This document shows, one piece after another, positions 62,730-64,000 of a stretch of DNA of 64,000 nucleotides. The stretch spans positions 576,001-640,000 of the forward strand of contig CAWHVC010000003.1 of the NCBI GenBank assembly GCA_963832745.1. The letters are read 5' to 3'. Within the stretch, counting starts at the first letter, position 1. Each line of letters opens with the position of its first letter. The translations under genes were made by a program, and so were the position numbers. The DNA comes from Candidatus Bathyarchaeota archaeon (GTDB taxonomy: Archaea > Thermoproteota > Bathyarchaeia > Bathyarchaeales > Bathycorpusculaceae). The notes under the pieces are model-generated. The model saw nothing but the letters and a program-made list of their open reading frames with translations, made no database searches and was not told the DNA's origin.

Positions 62730-63617
62730 ATGTTGAGAACAAACCGTGAAAAACTTGTCAAAATCTCTGTAATGGGCGAAGTAGCAAGCCCAACAACAAG
62801 AAATGTTTACAACATTTCAGCTACCGGAACCCCCTGCATATTGCCCGGTGTAGGAGGCATAACTTACAATCTGCGTGTTGGCGACCCCGCGTGTGGTTGG
62901 GAAGCAGATCACGTTGAACCCTGCGTCAGCACCGATAACAAAGAAAATGATGCACGCTCAGGTATGACAGCAAACACTGCCTATAACGTCCTCTCCTGTG
63001 TTGGTAATCAGGCTACAGTTGCAAGTGGAAGCGCCAAAGGCGAAACAGGTACAGTAACAGGAAAACACGGCGGCATAGAGCATGTACTAATAGATTTTAA
63101 ACCTGAAATCCTTGATAGGCTTGTAATCGGTGACCAGATTCTCATAAAAGCTTACGGTACAGGCTTAAAACTACTCGATTTTCCCGAAATAAAACTGGTA
63201 AATATGGACCCAAGCTTGCTTGACGCAATGAACCCTCAGGTTAATGGCGAAAAGCTTGAGGTTCCCGTTACGCATCTTATTCCTGCAGCTATAATGGGTT
63301 CTGGTTTGGGTGCTAATCAGGTTAACAGCGGCGACTATGACATTCAACTTTTTGATGACTTGGTGGTTAAGCAGTTTGGGCTTGAAGACCTGCGGCTCGG
63401 AGATCTTGTTGCTATTATGGATGCTGACCATTCTTATGGTAGAATTTATCGACAGGGCGCAGTTTCAGTTGGCGTTGTGGTTCACACCAATTGTGTAACA
63501 GCTGGGCATGGTCCGGGCGTTACAACTTTGATGACTTCTGCAAGCGGTAAAATAATTCCTCAGATAAATCCGAAAGCAAACCTTGCTTCTCTGCTAAAAT
63601 TACGGGCAGATATATAA
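62730..63617 (+). CDS. DUF4438-type protein
   Basis: PGVGGITYN, ADHVEP, GKHGG, GDYDI and AGHGPG motifs. Confidence 0.8.
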   Translation: MLRTNREKLVKISVMGEVASPTTRNVYNISATGTPCILPGVGGITYNLRVGDPACGWEADHVEPCVSTDNKENDARSGMTANTAYNVLSCVGNQATVASGSAKGETGTVTGKHGGIEHVLIDFKPEILDRLVIGDQILIKAYGTGLKLLDFPEIKLVNMDPSLLDAMNPQVNGEKLEVPVTHLIPAAIMGSGLGANQVNSGDYDIQLFDDLVVKQFGLEDLRLGDLVAIMDADHSYGRIYRQGAVSVGVVVHTNCVTAGHGPGVTTLMTSASGKIIPQINPKANLASLLKLRADI

Positions 63618-63668
63618 GATAGTTAATTCAATATTTGGAACAATAATAGATTAAAGAGGTCAAAATAG

Positions 63669-63962
63669 TTGCCAGTTAAACGTAAAAGCCGAGGAAGAGC
63701 AAAAGGTAGCAAAGGAAGCAGCAGTCTTGTTCAATGCGTAAATTGTGGGGCAATGGTGCCGCGTGACAAAGCAAAGCGGTCAACACGTAGAGTGTCTTTT
63801 GTTGAGCCACAGTTGGCAAAGGAACTTAGGCAAAAAGGTACATTCTTAGCCTCTTGGGTTGATACTAAATATTACTGTATTTCATGTGCAGTGCACCGTG
63901 GCATCGTCAAAGTACGTGCTGAAAACGAACGCCACTCAAAAGGTTACAAAAGAAGATTCTAA
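63669..63962 (+). CDS. rps26e: 30S ribosomal protein S26e
   Basis: CVNCG..VPRDKA...YCISCAVH..IVKVR. Confidence 0.95.
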   Translation: MPVKRKSRGRAKGSKGSSSLVQCVNCGAMVPRDKAKRSTRRVSFVEPQLAKELRQKGTFLASWVDTKYYCISCAVHRGIVKVRAENERHSKGYKRRF

Positions 63963-64000
63963 GCTTCTAAACGCCTTTTCTTGATATTTCTTTTTTACTT

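Overview
Archaeal chromosomal DNA, most likely Bathyarchaeia (TACK). The assignment is an inference from the histone, ribosomal proteins S17e/S25e/S26e, RpoK, thermosome, a tetraether lipid synthase-like radical SAM enzyme, and many membrane-anchored beta-propeller/beta-helix surface proteins. The window is mostly housekeeping and carbohydrate genes (GAPDH-PGK, GH57/GT4/GT4, GH15, TldD/PmbA, EndoQ, TrpB2-TrpY) with AT-rich accessory patches between them. Main observations: (1) a complete 3,065-bp IS6-family element (39313-42377) with bipartite terminal inverted repeats, an exact 8-bp target duplication, four passenger genes and a shared internal operator; (2) a dispersed ~70-110-bp intergenic repeat (three clear copies, one partial) at core/accessory borders, one copy being the transposon's target and another coinciding with a gene truncation; (3) a TrpY-trpB2 divergon with TRP boxes; (4) probable CTG/ATT start codons; (5) two small zinc-finger ORFs missed by the ORF track; (6) five single-base insertions in conserved genes that look like assembly errors. 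No rRNA, tRNA or CRISPR array was recognised. All assignments are by eye; no database searches were run.
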